Shown here: positions 18,889-28,172 of the stretch, in pieces
How the letters are laid out: each line of letters begins with the position of its first letter
Numbering within the stretch: the stretch's first letter is position 1
Origin: Planctomycetota bacterium
Lineage (GTDB): Bacteria; Planctomycetota; UBA8742; UBA2392
Direction: 5' to 3'
Assembly: GCA_020845475.1 (NCBI GenBank)
Contig: JADLFN010000072.1
Location: forward strand, 2,849-66,848
Length of the DNA stretch: 64,000 bases
Notes under the pieces: model-generated
The model's database searches: none
What the model was told of the DNA's origin: nothing
Seen by the model: only the letters and a program-made list of their open reading frames with translations
Translations under genes and position numbers: made by a program

Positions 18889-20940
18889 TTACTTCTGTTC
18901 TGCCGCGGGCGGCATCTCGATGGGCGAAAGTGAAACGGTGACCTGCACCCGGAACGGAGAAACGTAGCGCTTCAACGGCGTGGGCTTGGTTGCACCGAAA
19001 TTGTTACCGAGCAACGTGCGCACACCGACAGCCTTGTCCGCTTCCATGGAAACGTTGTCATAGGCCGTCTTGACCGTAAGCCCTGACCACTTGATCGCGC
19101 CGATTTCCGCTTCGCTCAAATCCTTCAACTGGCCGCGTACTTTCAACTCAGCGAGCAACGCAGCCTTTAACTTCGCATGCAGGAGACCGCCGTTGCCCTC
19201 GCTGCCGCCGACGAGATCGAACTCCGCTTTGTCGTAGGGCTCGCGCAGGCGCTGTTCCGTGGGTGCCGCGCGCTCCGTGCCCATGACCAGTCCCGACAGG
19301 GATGCCTCATAGCGGAATTCGCGCTTTACGGTGTGATAGCCGGATTGTTCTGCGGCGTCCGCCCCTGCCTCGCCCAATTGCACCCAGTTGCTCTCATTGG
19401 TGCTGGGCTTGATCATGAGCGCGATTTCTCCACCGCTCTCGGCCAGTTTGTTTACACGGAAATACTGGTGTTCCGGTGTAGCCTTGGCGAATTCCACAAG
19501 CGCTTCATCTGTGACACGCGCGATCAGTCCAGGCAAAATTGCCGCCGGCAACTCCAGGTGGCGCGTGACCTTGACGGCCTCTCCACCTTCGGCGGCGGGA
19601 GGAATCGTGTGCTCGGTGGAACCTACACGCCCCACCGTGACGTTGCGCAGACTCAAAGCCAGGAGCGCATTGGCGTCATTGGCCTGGGCCGCGGTGACCT
19701 TGGCTTTGGCCGCCGTGACGTCACCGGCTGATTTCGTCGCGGCTGCGGTTTTATCGTCCACTCCGCCACCGGCGCTGATACCAAGCAGCATGGCAACAAG
19801 ACCGCCGGCGAAAATCATGCCGCCCGCGGCGATCATGGGAACCTTGAGCCGCGCTTTGGCGCGGGCTTCAAGCCGCTCACGCGGCATCAGGTTAATGGTG
19901 TTCAGACCGGCGACACCGAGACCTTCAAGCGCAAGGCCGATGGCGACGGTGAGGCTCTGGATGTTGTCCTGAACCTCGGCGGGATCAACGCTGCGCGAAA
20001 GCTGCATGCGTGCGGGCGTTTCAACCTTGTGAACCTTGTATTGAAGCTGCTGCTCAAAGAACTTCTGGATGTTGATGAGCTTGGAGCCGTTGCCCATCAT
20101 CACCAGCTGGTTGATATTGGCGGCTTCATTCTGGCTCTTGTAGAAGCCCACCGCGCGGTAGATTTCGCCCACCATTTCCTTCAACGGCGGCTTCATGGCT
20201 TCGAAGACTGCCGCCGCGTCCTTGCTCTTGGCCGCGCGGCGCTTGAGTTTTTCGGCGTCATCGTCAGAAAGCTTGAAGCGCGCCTTGAGGGCTTTGGTGA
20301 TGTCGTTGCCGGCCACGGGCACCACGCGCACGTATGTCTTCTGGCCGTCGATGACAACGAGGTCGGTGTTCTCGGCTCCGATATCGATGGCGACGCAGCA
20401 GTTGGAAATGCCCTCGTCCAATTCAAACTTGACGTAGTTGTAGATACCCAGCGGTGCGACCTGAATGCCGGTGATTTCGAGGTTGGCGCTTTCGCACGCA
20501 TCGACGATTTCTTCAACGGCCTGGCGCTTGGCTGCGTAAAGGTTGACTTTGCGCTCATCGACTGCGCCGGGATCGTCGATCGTCTGGTAATCCCACACCG
20601 CCTGTTCCAGCGGAATCGGCACCTGTGACTTGGCCTCGTTCTCGATCGTCTCGCGAACCTTTTCGTCAGAAACCGGCGGCAGGCTGATAATGCGGCCGAG
20701 GGTGTTCTGACCCTTGATCGAGACGTAAACAACGTCGCCGCTCTTGACGCCATTCGCCACTCGGAAGGCACTGAGCGCCGCAGCCGTGGCGTCATTGACG
20801 CTCGTGCCGCTGCCCAACCCGTAATCGGAGAGGCTGATGATGGAAATCGCGTCAATGGTGACGGAACCGCGGTCTTCACTCAGTCGGACCGCTTTGATGC
20901 TCGATGTGCCGAGCTCAATACCCCAAGCTGTTTTCGCCAT
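18889..20940 (-). CDS. pilM: type IV pilus-like assembly protein, PilM (actin-fold ATPase) fused to PilN-like bitopic domain with extended periplasmic C-terminus
   Basis: N-term WGIELGTSSIKAV and actin-fold PilM similarity; residue ~355 INLMPRERLEARAKARL + TM helix resembles PilN N-terminus; start trimmed to MAKTAWG with GAGGAA RBS. Confidence 0.75.
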   Translation of the reverse strand: MAKTAWGIELGTSSIKAVRLSEDRGSVTIDAISIISLSDYGLGSGTSVNDATAAALSAFRVANGVKSGDVVYVSIKGQNTLGRIISLPPVSDEKVRETIENEAKSQVPIPLEQAVWDYQTIDDPGAVDERKVNLYAAKRQAVEEIVDACESANLEITGIQVAPLGIYNYVKFELDEGISNCCVAIDIGAENTDLVVIDGQKTYVRVVPVAGNDITKALKARFKLSDDDAEKLKRRAAKSKDAAAVFEAMKPPLKEMVGEIYRAVGFYKSQNEAANINQLVMMGNGSKLINIQKFFEQQLQYKVHKVETPARMQLSRSVDPAEVQDNIQSLTVAIGLALEGLGVAGLNTINLMPRERLEARAKARLKVPMIAAGGMIFAGGLVAMLLGISAGGGVDDKTAAATKSAGDVTAAKAKVTAAQANDANALLALSLRNVTVGRVGSTEHTIPPAAEGGEAVKVTRHLELPAAILPGLIARVTDEALVEFAKATPEHQYFRVNKLAESGGEIALMIKPSTNESNWVQLGEAGADAAEQSGYHTVKREFRYEASLSGLVMGTERAAPTEQRLREPYDKAEFDLVGGSEGNGGLLHAKLKAALLAELKVRGQLKDLSEAEIGAIKWSGLTVKTAYDNVSMEADKAVGVRTLLGNNFGATKPTPLKRYVSPFRVQVTVSLSPIEMPPAAEQK

Positions 20941-21093
20941 GGATTCCTCAGGTACTGCGCCGCGCATCCGGCGTTTTGGGCCAGAATCAGCTATCGCTTC
21001 AACGGCACGAAGCTGCCAAAAATGAGTGGCAGCGCGTCGCGCGAAACAGGAACCTTGGGGGTAGCCATAGCATGGCCAAGGCTTGCGCCGAAA

Positions 21094-21921
21094 TCAAGAC
21101 TTCGTTTCACGCACTATGGGCGCGCTGCCCAGCAGTTCCACGGCCAGCAGCACGTCGCTATGGACCTTCTTGCGCGTGTCCATGGTGTAATTGCGCAGCA
21201 GGTAGGCCGGGTGATAGGTGCAAACCACCTTCCTTCCTTTGTAGTCGAAGGCCTTGCCACGCAATTGCCCGATTGCGAGCTGGCTGTTGGCGAGCCACTG
21301 CGCCGGAAAGCGACCCACGGCCAGGATAACGTCCGGGTTGATTATCTCGATCTGGCTCTCAAGGTATCCGCGGCAGGCCTCGATTTCGTCCGGCTCCGGA
21401 TTGCGGTTTTCCGGCGGACGGCACTTGAGCACGTTGGCGATATACACATCGGCGCGCTTGTACTTCATCCCCTTCTCGATGATCTCGGTCAATAGCTGCC
21501 CCGCGCGGCCAACAAAGGGTTTGCCCTGCACGTCTTCATCGCCACCGGGCGCTTCCCCGACAACCATGAGCCGCGAATTCGGGTTCCCCGTTCCGAACAC
21601 CGTTTGAGTGCGGGTCGCACAGAGGCGGCACGCGCCGCACACTCGCACTCGCTCGGCAGCCTTTTCCAGCTCTCGTGCAGGCCGGCCTTCATGTTGCTTC
21701 AATTCGTCCAGCGCCACACTGGCGACGATCACTGGCTTGAGCGCGGCCTTGGCCGGTTTTGCGGCGGGGACAGCAGCCTGTCTCGCCAAAGGCGCGGCCT
21801 GTGGCGCACCAACCTGTGTCGGCTTGCGCTTGACAGCGATATGCGTCAGACCGCCTGCGCGCAGGAGCTCTGCGTGGCCGCGAAGTTGGCGAGCGAGTTC
21901 GGCCTTGGTGGGTCGCGCCAT
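21094..21921 (-). CDS. udg: uracil-DNA glycosylase, family 4 (4Fe-4S type)
   Basis: motifs CGACRLC...GEAPGGDED...GKPFVGRAGQLL...HPAYLLR. Confidence 0.85.
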   Translation of the reverse strand: MARPTKAELARQLRGHAELLRAGGLTHIAVKRKPTQVGAPQAAPLARQAAVPAAKPAKAALKPVIVASVALDELKQHEGRPARELEKAAERVRVCGACRLCATRTQTVFGTGNPNSRLMVVGEAPGGDEDVQGKPFVGRAGQLLTEIIEKGMKYKRADVYIANVLKCRPPENRNPEPDEIEACRGYLESQIEIINPDVILAVGRFPAQWLANSQLAIGQLRGKAFDYKGRKVVCTYHPAYLLRNYTMDTRKKVHSDVLLAVELLGSAPIVRETKS

Positions 21922-21923
21922 AA

Positions 21924-22250
21924 TTACTGGACGAGTTTGGGACCCTGTGGTTTGGGCCCGTGATCGTGGCCTTCATGCCCATGATCATGGCCCTCGTGGT
22001 CATGATCGTGGGGCATGGCCTGGAGCAATCCCGACTGCTGCCCCAACTGCACCGCAACCTCCAGCGCCTGCGAAGCCACAGCCAACACGGCATCGCAGGG
22101 CGCGGCCGCGCCGCCGGGCACTTGCAATCGCGAACGATATGGCGAAACCGTGACGGCTGCCAGTCGAAGCGAATTGATTGCTGAAAGGTAAAGCTCAAGG
22201 GCAATGGAAGCCGCGTGGTCTTGAGGAGTGATCTTCGGTTCGTCGGCCAT
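21924..22250 (-). CDS. small protein with His-rich C-terminal tail (HDHDHEGHDHGHEGHDHG); possible metal-binding protein
   Basis: internal Met MADEPKITP of track ORF 21924..22496; 3 nt upstream of udg; high GC3. Confidence 0.4.
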   Translation of the reverse strand: MADEPKITPQDHAASIALELYLSAINSLRLAAVTVSPYRSRLQVPGGAAAPCDAVLAVASQALEVAVQLGQQSGLLQAMPHDHDHEGHDHGHEGHDHGPKPQGPKLVQ

Positions 22251-22438
22251 TTTTCTCTCTTTGGAGTGCGCCGGCTTGCCGGCGCTGTGTTTTCCCACAC
22301 TAGTACAGTCGCAGTGCGGCGAATAGAGCAGAGTGCCGTTGCGCCCGACGGAGTTCAAATTCGTACCGTTGCGCAGCGCGGAGCCGGAGTGCGGTGTGAG
22401 TGCGACAGTGCGCCGGCAAAGTCGGCGCACTCCAGGGA

Positions 22439-23482
22439 TCAGCAAATGATTGCGCCGCCAGTTTTGGCCAGAGTGGCGGTCAGAACGCGCTCGCATTCTG
22501 CAAGTATCTCACGCTCGACTTCGGCGACAGGCCTCCCCACCACTTGGAGCCCAGCCGCGCGCATATGGCCGCCGCCGCCGAACTTCGCCGCGATCTCGTT
22601 GACGCGCACCTGGCCTTCGCTGCGCAGTGAACACTTGAGCAAAAGCGGCTCCATTTCGTGGAACATTACGCACACCATGCCGCCTTCTATGGATTTCGGG
22701 ATCGTGACGGTCTCGGCCGCGTCCATGACGTCGCAGCCGGTTTTCTGCAGCATCTCCGCCGTCACTCGCGCGGCGATGATCTTGCCATCAAGCCGCGCTT
22801 CGATGGTTTCGGCGACCATGGCCTCAAGCTTGATGCGCCCGAGGCTCTTGCTGCGGTACAGCTTCTGCGTGAGTTCCGAAATCTTGAGGTCGAACTCTTC
22901 TATTAAGGAAGCCACCACTCGCAGGCTGTCCGGCGTGCTGTTGCTGTGGTTGAAACGGCCCGTGTCGGTCACGATGGCCACAAACAGCGCGACTGCCGCC
23001 TTGGAGTTGAGCGCGACGCCGGCTTCCTTAAGCACGTGATAAACCACTTCTCCCGTGCTGCTCGCTTCGGGCAGCACAACGCTGGCGTCGCCAAAGCCCG
23101 GGTTGTCAATATGGTGATCCAGGTTGATCACGCGCGTGCCTGGCGCAAGCCTTTCCAGCAATCTGCGCGCGCGGCTTTGCGCACCGACGTCAAGGATCAC
23201 GGCCGTGTCGTAGCCATCGAGGCGGGCGGGCAACTGGTCCAGCGACGTCAGCGCCTCACCAGCCTGCATGAACGCATATTTGCCGGCATCGACATCCTGG
23301 GTCAGGGCGAGCACGTCCTTGCCGGCTGCGCGCAGCGCGTGCGCGAGCGTGAACACGCTGCCAAGTGCATCGCCGTCCATCAGAGGGTGAGCGCCTAGCA
23401 CCACACGCTTGGAGGCCCGCAACACAGCAGCCGCGGCCACGATGTGCGCGCGCGTTGCTTCATCTTTGTATGTGTCGTGCAC
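22439..23482 (-). CDS. nrnA: DHH-family phosphoesterase, NrnA-like (oligoribonuclease/pAp phosphatase)
   Basis: DHH motif region (NLDHH) and DHHA1 GGGGHMRAAG motif. Confidence 0.8.
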   Translation of the reverse strand: MHDTYKDEATRAHIVAAAAVLRASKRVVLGAHPLMDGDALGSVFTLAHALRAAGKDVLALTQDVDAGKYAFMQAGEALTSLDQLPARLDGYDTAVILDVGAQSRARRLLERLAPGTRVINLDHHIDNPGFGDASVVLPEASSTGEVVYHVLKEAGVALNSKAAVALFVAIVTDTGRFNHSNSTPDSLRVVASLIEEFDLKISELTQKLYRSKSLGRIKLEAMVAETIEARLDGKIIAARVTAEMLQKTGCDVMDAAETVTIPKSIEGGMVCVMFHEMEPLLLKCSLRSEGQVRVNEIAAKFGGGGHMRAAGLQVVGRPVAEVEREILAECERVLTATLAKTGGAIIC

Positions 23483-23488
23483 TTTGGC

Positions 23489-24352
23489 CTATCGTTTGAC
23501 AACCCTGTTGCGCAGCAAGCCCACACTTTCAACTTCGCATTCAACTGTATCGCCCTCAGCCAGCTTGCCTACGCCCGCGGGCGTACCCGTTGATATCACG
23601 TCGCCGGCCTCCAGTGTCATGTAACGCGAAAACACGGCAATCAATTTCGCAACCGGGTGAATCATCTGCTTCGTGCTGCCGTTCTGCCGCACCTCGCCAT
23701 TGACGCGGCATGAAATCGCCAGCGCCTGCGGATCGGGGATTGCGGCGGCGGCAACCAGACATGGGCCAAAGGGCGTGAACGTGTCAAAGTTCTTGCAACG
23801 CAGCCACGGGTGCTTGTTCTCGCGGTCGGACTTTTGCAGATGCCGCGCGCTGACGTCGTTCATGATGGAATAGCCGGCGACGTACTCGAGCGCTTTCTCC
23901 GGGGCAATTTCCTTGCCGCTGCGCCCCAGGATTACTGCCAGTTCGACTTCATGGTCAACGCGGCTTTCAAGCCACGAGGGCAGTACGATTTCGCTCTCGT
24001 GCGCGGCCAGCGAAGTACTGAGTTTTGAAAACCACACAGGCTCCGGTGGCGCAGTCGCGCCAAATTCCGCTGCGTGGTCCTGGTAATTCTGCACCAGAGC
24101 AATGATCTTGTGCGGCCGCTTCAGCGGCAGCGCCCAGGCGAAGCCGGGCGCGAGTTCTTTCAATCGGGCGACGCTGGCGGCCACCGCCTGCGCAGCATCG
24201 TTCAGTCTGCCGGTTTCAACCAGCGGCATCAGGCTTTGTGTGTGGTAGCGCTCCGCCAGAAAACCGGTCGCATCAAGCAGGCGGCCATTCACTTCGGCGC
24301 CCAAGCCCGGCGTGCGGCCGCGCTCGTAGGCAAACAGGCGGGCGAAGGTCAC
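23489..24352 (-). CDS. fumarylacetoacetate hydrolase (FAH) family protein
   Basis: FAH-fold similarity throughout; GTG start chosen because it gives a GTGA overlap with coaB stop (alternative ATG at 24466). Confidence 0.7.
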   Translation of the reverse strand: MTFARLFAYERGRTPGLGAEVNGRLLDATGFLAERYHTQSLMPLVETGRLNDAAQAVAASVARLKELAPGFAWALPLKRPHKIIALVQNYQDHAAEFGATAPPEPVWFSKLSTSLAAHESEIVLPSWLESRVDHEVELAVILGRSGKEIAPEKALEYVAGYSIMNDVSARHLQKSDRENKHPWLRCKNFDTFTPFGPCLVAAAAIPDPQALAISCRVNGEVRQNGSTKQMIHPVAKLIAVFSRYMTLEAGDVISTGTPAGVGKLAEGDTVECEVESVGLLRNRVVKR

Positions 24353-25107
24353 TTGTCGCCCCCCGCAGATGACGCCGCGCCGTTGCCCGCGGGCTTGGCC
24401 TTGTCGGCAAAGCACGAGATCAGCGCCGGGAGTTTGCCGGCAAGCAAGTCGGCGAGCATCAGGCAAATGCGTTCCGCCAGCTCCGTCTTCGATGACGGCG
24501 GTACTTCCGCGATTACGCCTTGCGCGTTGATGATGCGCACCGCTTCGCGCGATTCGCCGAAATGCGCGGGCGTGGTCACGACCATCACGTCACAATTCTT
24601 CTTCTCGAGCTTCCCGCGCGCGTAATCAAGCGCGTTGTCCACCTCCAGGGAGAAGCCGACGATCTTCTGGTTCGGTTTGCGGCGCTGGCCCATTTGTTGC
24701 AGCACATCCGGGTTGCGCACCAGCTTCAGCTCCATCGTGTCCTGCTTCTTCTTGAGCTTGCCTTGCTGGCGCGCTTCGGGGCGGTAGTCACTGACGGCAG
24801 CCGTGGCCACAAAAACATCACAATCGGCAAAGCGCTCGTCCACGGCAGCCAGCATGTCTTCGGCACTGACCACGGGTATCAAGCGCACAGCTGGCGGCGG
24901 CGTGATATGCGTGGGCCCGCATACGCAAGTTACCGTCGCTCCCATCTTCTGCGCGATGCGTGCAAGCTCAAGACCCATGCGCCCCGTGCTCGGGTTGCCG
25001 ATAAAGCGCACATCATCGATGTACTCGTGCGTCGGGCCCGCAGTCACGAGCAGTCTCACGCCCGCGAGCACCTGAGGCAACTCTATGATTCGCGTTTGGC
25101 GAGCCAT
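24349..25107 (-). CDS. coaB: phosphopantothenate-cysteine ligase domain protein (CoaB, stand-alone)
   Basis: VTAGPTHEYIDDVRFIGNPSTGRMG Rossmann motif of CoaB/DFP family; no CoaC domain. Confidence 0.8.
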   Translation of the reverse strand: MARQTRIIELPQVLAGVRLLVTAGPTHEYIDDVRFIGNPSTGRMGLELARIAQKMGATVTCVCGPTHITPPPAVRLIPVVSAEDMLAAVDERFADCDVFVATAAVSDYRPEARQQGKLKKKQDTMELKLVRNPDVLQQMGQRRKPNQKIVGFSLEVDNALDYARGKLEKKNCDVMVVTTPAHFGESREAVRIINAQGVIAEVPPSSKTELAERICLMLADLLAGKLPALISCFADKAKPAGNGAASSAGGDK

Positions 25108-26105
25108 GACTCGATCTCTTCCTTATTCATGTCTGCGCCCAGCGCGGCCATCAGCAATAACCTTACCTTGTGGCCGGGCAGCCCCGGAAAGAAAAGCACT
25201 CCCGCCTCCTTCAGGCGGGCACCACCTCCGTCATAACCATAAGTGCCGCTCACGCGCCCTCCCCAGCAGCGCGTGGTGAGCGCCACCAGTACCCCCGCCT
25301 TGACAGCCTTGGCGGCAGATGCCGCAAGCGGCGGCGGCAGATTGCCGCGCCCGAGCGCCTCAATTACGATCGCTTTCTCACCGCGCTCAACCAGAAAATC
25401 GATCAAGCTGCCATCCATGCCTGCCGCCGCAATCAGCAGCGCGACATCGTTCACAAGTTTGTCGGACTTCAAACGACGAAGCGAAACCGGCGCTCGATAG
25501 AAAATCACTTCTCCCCCGTCCACGATACCCATTGGCCCCGTCTCGGGCGATTGATAGGTGTCGATGGCTTCGGTGTAGGTCTTGGTCACTTCCCACGCCG
25601 CATTGATGGTCGAGTTCATCACGACCATCGCGCCCTTGCCGCGCGATTGCGGGTGCGCGGCTACCTGACACGCCTGGTAGAGGTTCACCGGCCCATCCCA
25701 CGAGAGCATGGAGCTGGTGCGCATCGCGCCCACAAAGACCACCGGCTGTACGTGGGCATTGAGGATATCAACAAGGAATGCTGACTCTTCCAGCGTATCA
25801 GTGCCGTGCGTGACTACCGCGCCGTCAAATCCATCCTTGAATGTCTTGTCGATCAGCTTGGCCAGTTCCAGCATGCGCACCGGTGTCATGTGCGGGCCGG
25901 GCAGTTGACCGAAATCGTGGACTTTGGGTTGGCAGAAGGTCTCCAGACCAGGCACGTCGCGCAGGATGTCGGCGCCGGCAAGCTTCGGCACCGCACCTTT
26001 GCCGGCGTCGTCGCGCATGGAAATTGTGCCGCCGGTGAATATCAGTTTGAGTCGTGGAAGCGTAGCCATGCAGGCACGATAGCCATTTTCCGCCTGCTGT
26101 TGCAA
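25083..26105 (-). CDS. ansA: L-asparaginase, type I
   Basis: LIFTGGTISM...VVTHGTDT motifs; alternative start at internal Met 26069. Confidence 0.85.
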   Translation of the reverse strand: MQQQAENGYRACMATLPRLKLIFTGGTISMRDDAGKGAVPKLAGADILRDVPGLETFCQPKVHDFGQLPGPHMTPVRMLELAKLIDKTFKDGFDGAVVTHGTDTLEESAFLVDILNAHVQPVVFVGAMRTSSMLSWDGPVNLYQACQVAAHPQSRGKGAMVVMNSTINAAWEVTKTYTEAIDTYQSPETGPMGIVDGGEVIFYRAPVSLRRLKSDKLVNDVALLIAAAGMDGSLIDFLVERGEKAIVIEALGRGNLPPPLAASAAKAVKAGVLVALTTRCWGGRVSGTYGYDGGGARLKEAGVLFFPGLPGHKVRLLLMAALGADMNKEEIESWLAKRES

Positions 26106-26164
26106 TCAGGATGCAGCGCCCATCAGAGCTTACGTCATAAGCTTAATTCCATTATGCTGCGTCC

Positions 26165-27196
26165 ATGCACACCATTTCCGATTTCCGCTCTGACACCGTC
26201 ACCAAACCCACGCCCGAGATGTACGAGGCCATGGCCCGCGCAGAACTCGGCGATGACGTGCTGGGCGATGACCCCACCGTCAATCGGCTGGAGCAGATCA
26301 CTGCCGATATGCTGGGCAAGGAGGCCGGCCTGTTTGTTTCCAGCGGCACGCAGGGCAACCAGATTGGCCTCGCGATCCACTGCAGGCCCGGTGACGAACT
26401 GATCTGCGAATTTGGCGCGCACACTTACAACAACGAAAGCGGCGCCATGGCGCGCATCGCGTGCGCGCAGCCGCGCCCGATCAAAGGCAAGGCCGGCGTG
26501 ATGGATCCTGCCGAGGTTGAAAGCCTGATCCGGCCCAACAACATCCACAACCCTCGCACAGCGCTGGTCACCGTTGAGAACACGCACAACGGCGCAGGCG
26601 GCACGATTGTGCCGCTGGAAAACATCCGTGCGATTGGCGAGGTCGCCAAGCGCCGCAACATCAAGTATCACCTCGATGGCGCGCGGCTATGGAATGCGCA
26701 CGTGGCCACAGGCATCTCGCTCAAGGAATGGTGCCGCGAATTTGACACCGTCAGCGTGTGCTTGAGCAAAGGCCTGTGTGCGCCCGTGGGCAGCGTGCTT
26801 TGCGGCAATAAGTCGGATATTGAGCGCGCGCGCTATTTGCGCAAGCAACTCGGCGGCGGCATGAGGCAAGTGGGAATCCTCGCGGCCTGCGGCATCATCA
26901 GCGTCACAAAGATGGTCGCAAGGCTCGCCGAAGACCACGCCAACGCCCGCAAGCTGGCCGAAGGTCTCGCAGCCATGAAAGGCGTGCAGCTTGATCTTGC
27001 CACCGTGCAAACCAACATTGTCTTCTTCTCGCTGCCCGGCCGCGAAAGAGAACTGCCGGCGCTGATCGAGAAGCTCCAGGCGCAAAAGGTGTTGGCTATG
27101 GCGTTGGGAGGCCGCGTGCGCATGGTGACGCACCACGAAGTGGACGAAGAGGACGTCGAACGAGCGCTAATGGCCTGGAAAACAGTTCTGGCCTAA
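26165..27196 (+). CDS. ltaE: low-specificity L-threonine aldolase
   Basis: FRSDTVTKPT N-terminus, PLP-fold similarity. Confidence 0.85.
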   Translation: MHTISDFRSDTVTKPTPEMYEAMARAELGDDVLGDDPTVNRLEQITADMLGKEAGLFVSSGTQGNQIGLAIHCRPGDELICEFGAHTYNNESGAMARIACAQPRPIKGKAGVMDPAEVESLIRPNNIHNPRTALVTVENTHNGAGGTIVPLENIRAIGEVAKRRNIKYHLDGARLWNAHVATGISLKEWCREFDTVSVCLSKGLCAPVGSVLCGNKSDIERARYLRKQLGGGMRQVGILAACGIISVTKMVARLAEDHANARKLAEGLAAMKGVQLDLATVQTNIVFFSLPGRERELPALIEKLQAQKVLAMALGGRVRMVTHHEVDEEDVERALMAWKTVLA

Positions 27197-27396
27197 ATTT
27201 GCATGATCTGCGCGCCAAGTTCGTTCTCAATCTGCCCAGCCAGGCGCCGTAGTTCCGACCGAGACTCGGCTCCAAGGTTTATCACCCCATAACGACGTGA
27301 GTGCCCGTCCTCAAATTCATCCGTGGGCGAGAGCGCTTCGCCTTCTTTGAACCCCCACCAGATGATCGTACCCGGGTGCGCGGCTTTGGCTCTTGC
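27194..27396 (-). pseudogene. 3' fragment (~65 codons) duplicating the C-terminus of the ATP-grasp gene at 28173..29432
   Basis: minus-strand translation ...AAHPGTIIWWGFKEGEALSPTDEFEDGHSRRYGVINLGA... vs full gene ...AAHPGTIVWWECKEGEVLSPTDEFEDGHSRRYGVINLGA...; ~92% nt identity over ~130 nt (27268-27394 vs 28256-28384); no start codon, lies in-frame behind vapC stop. Confidence 0.55.
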
Positions 27397-27399
27397 TAC

Positions 27400-27822
27400 T
27401 CAGCCCTTGCTCGGATTGAGCACCTTTGCGCCGCAGCGCGTCATGTCTTCTTCGTTCAGGGTCACCACCGTTAGCCCGTGCACGATGGCTGTCGCGGCGA
27501 TCAGCGCGTCAATGACCGGTAACGGTTCGCCCCGCAGTTCAGACTCGGCGGTAATTTTGCCCCAGCGCTCGGCAACTTCTGCCGTGATCGGCAACACCGC
27601 GCCTTGGAACTCCTCGCGCAACATGCGGTCAAACCATCCCAGCAGGTCGGCCCGTTTCCGGGCGTCTGCAAGCTTGTGGAAGCCCTTGTGCAACTCGCCG
27701 ACCGTCAACACGCTCAGGTGCAGAGATTGGGCGTCCTGTGCATCGAGCCACGCGGCGACCTTGGCATTCGGACGCTTCTTCGTGCTCTCAGAAATGATGT
27801 TCGTGTCGATCAGCCAGCTCAT
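27400..27822 (-). CDS. vapC: PIN-domain toxin VapC (type II toxin-antitoxin)
   Basis: MSWLIDTNIISE...acidic PIN residues; 4-nt overlap with upstream antitoxin. Confidence 0.85.
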   Translation of the reverse strand: MSWLIDTNIISESTKKRPNAKVAAWLDAQDAQSLHLSVLTVGELHKGFHKLADARKRADLLGWFDRMLREEFQGAVLPITAEVAERWGKITAESELRGEPLPVIDALIAATAIVHGLTVVTLNEEDMTRCGAKVLNPSKG

Positions 27823-28112
27823 GCGTCACGGTCCGAGAAGTCAGGTACGTGCCGGCCAATATCGCGCACACGGTATAGGTCTAGCTTGAGGCCCACCATG
27901 GGCGATTGCCGCAGGAGCTTGAACAGGCTCTTTCTTCCTGGCTTCTTCTTCAACTTGTCGAAATCTTCGGCGGAGATGACGATAGCCGCGCGCTTGCCGT
28001 GAACGGTAATGGTCTGCGGGCCGTCTTCCTGCGCTCGATGCACAACTTCACTGAGCTTGTTCTTGGCTTCCTGAATCTGCCATTCACGGATGTGTTCACT
28101 GGTTTTTGTCAT
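27819..28112 (-). CDS. vapB: Phd/YefM-family antitoxin
   Basis: MTKTSEHIREWQIQEAKNKLSEVV...ITVHGKRAAIVISAEDF typical Phd/YefM; start trimmed to MTKTSEH. Confidence 0.75.
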   Translation of the reverse strand: MTKTSEHIREWQIQEAKNKLSEVVHRAQEDGPQTITVHGKRAAIVISAEDFDKLKKKPGRKSLFKLLRQSPMVGLKLDLYRVRDIGRHVPDFSDRDA

Positions 28113-28172
28113 CGCGCATCCTCGAAGCAATCTGGACAGTCTAGACAGATTGTACGACGCCCCCGTCCCCAG

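Noticed and set aside
20029-20628. 199-aa plus-strand ORF and the other long plus-strand ORFs between 19 and 21 kb
   Set aside because: Antisense to the pilM-pilN fusion gene; no motifs.
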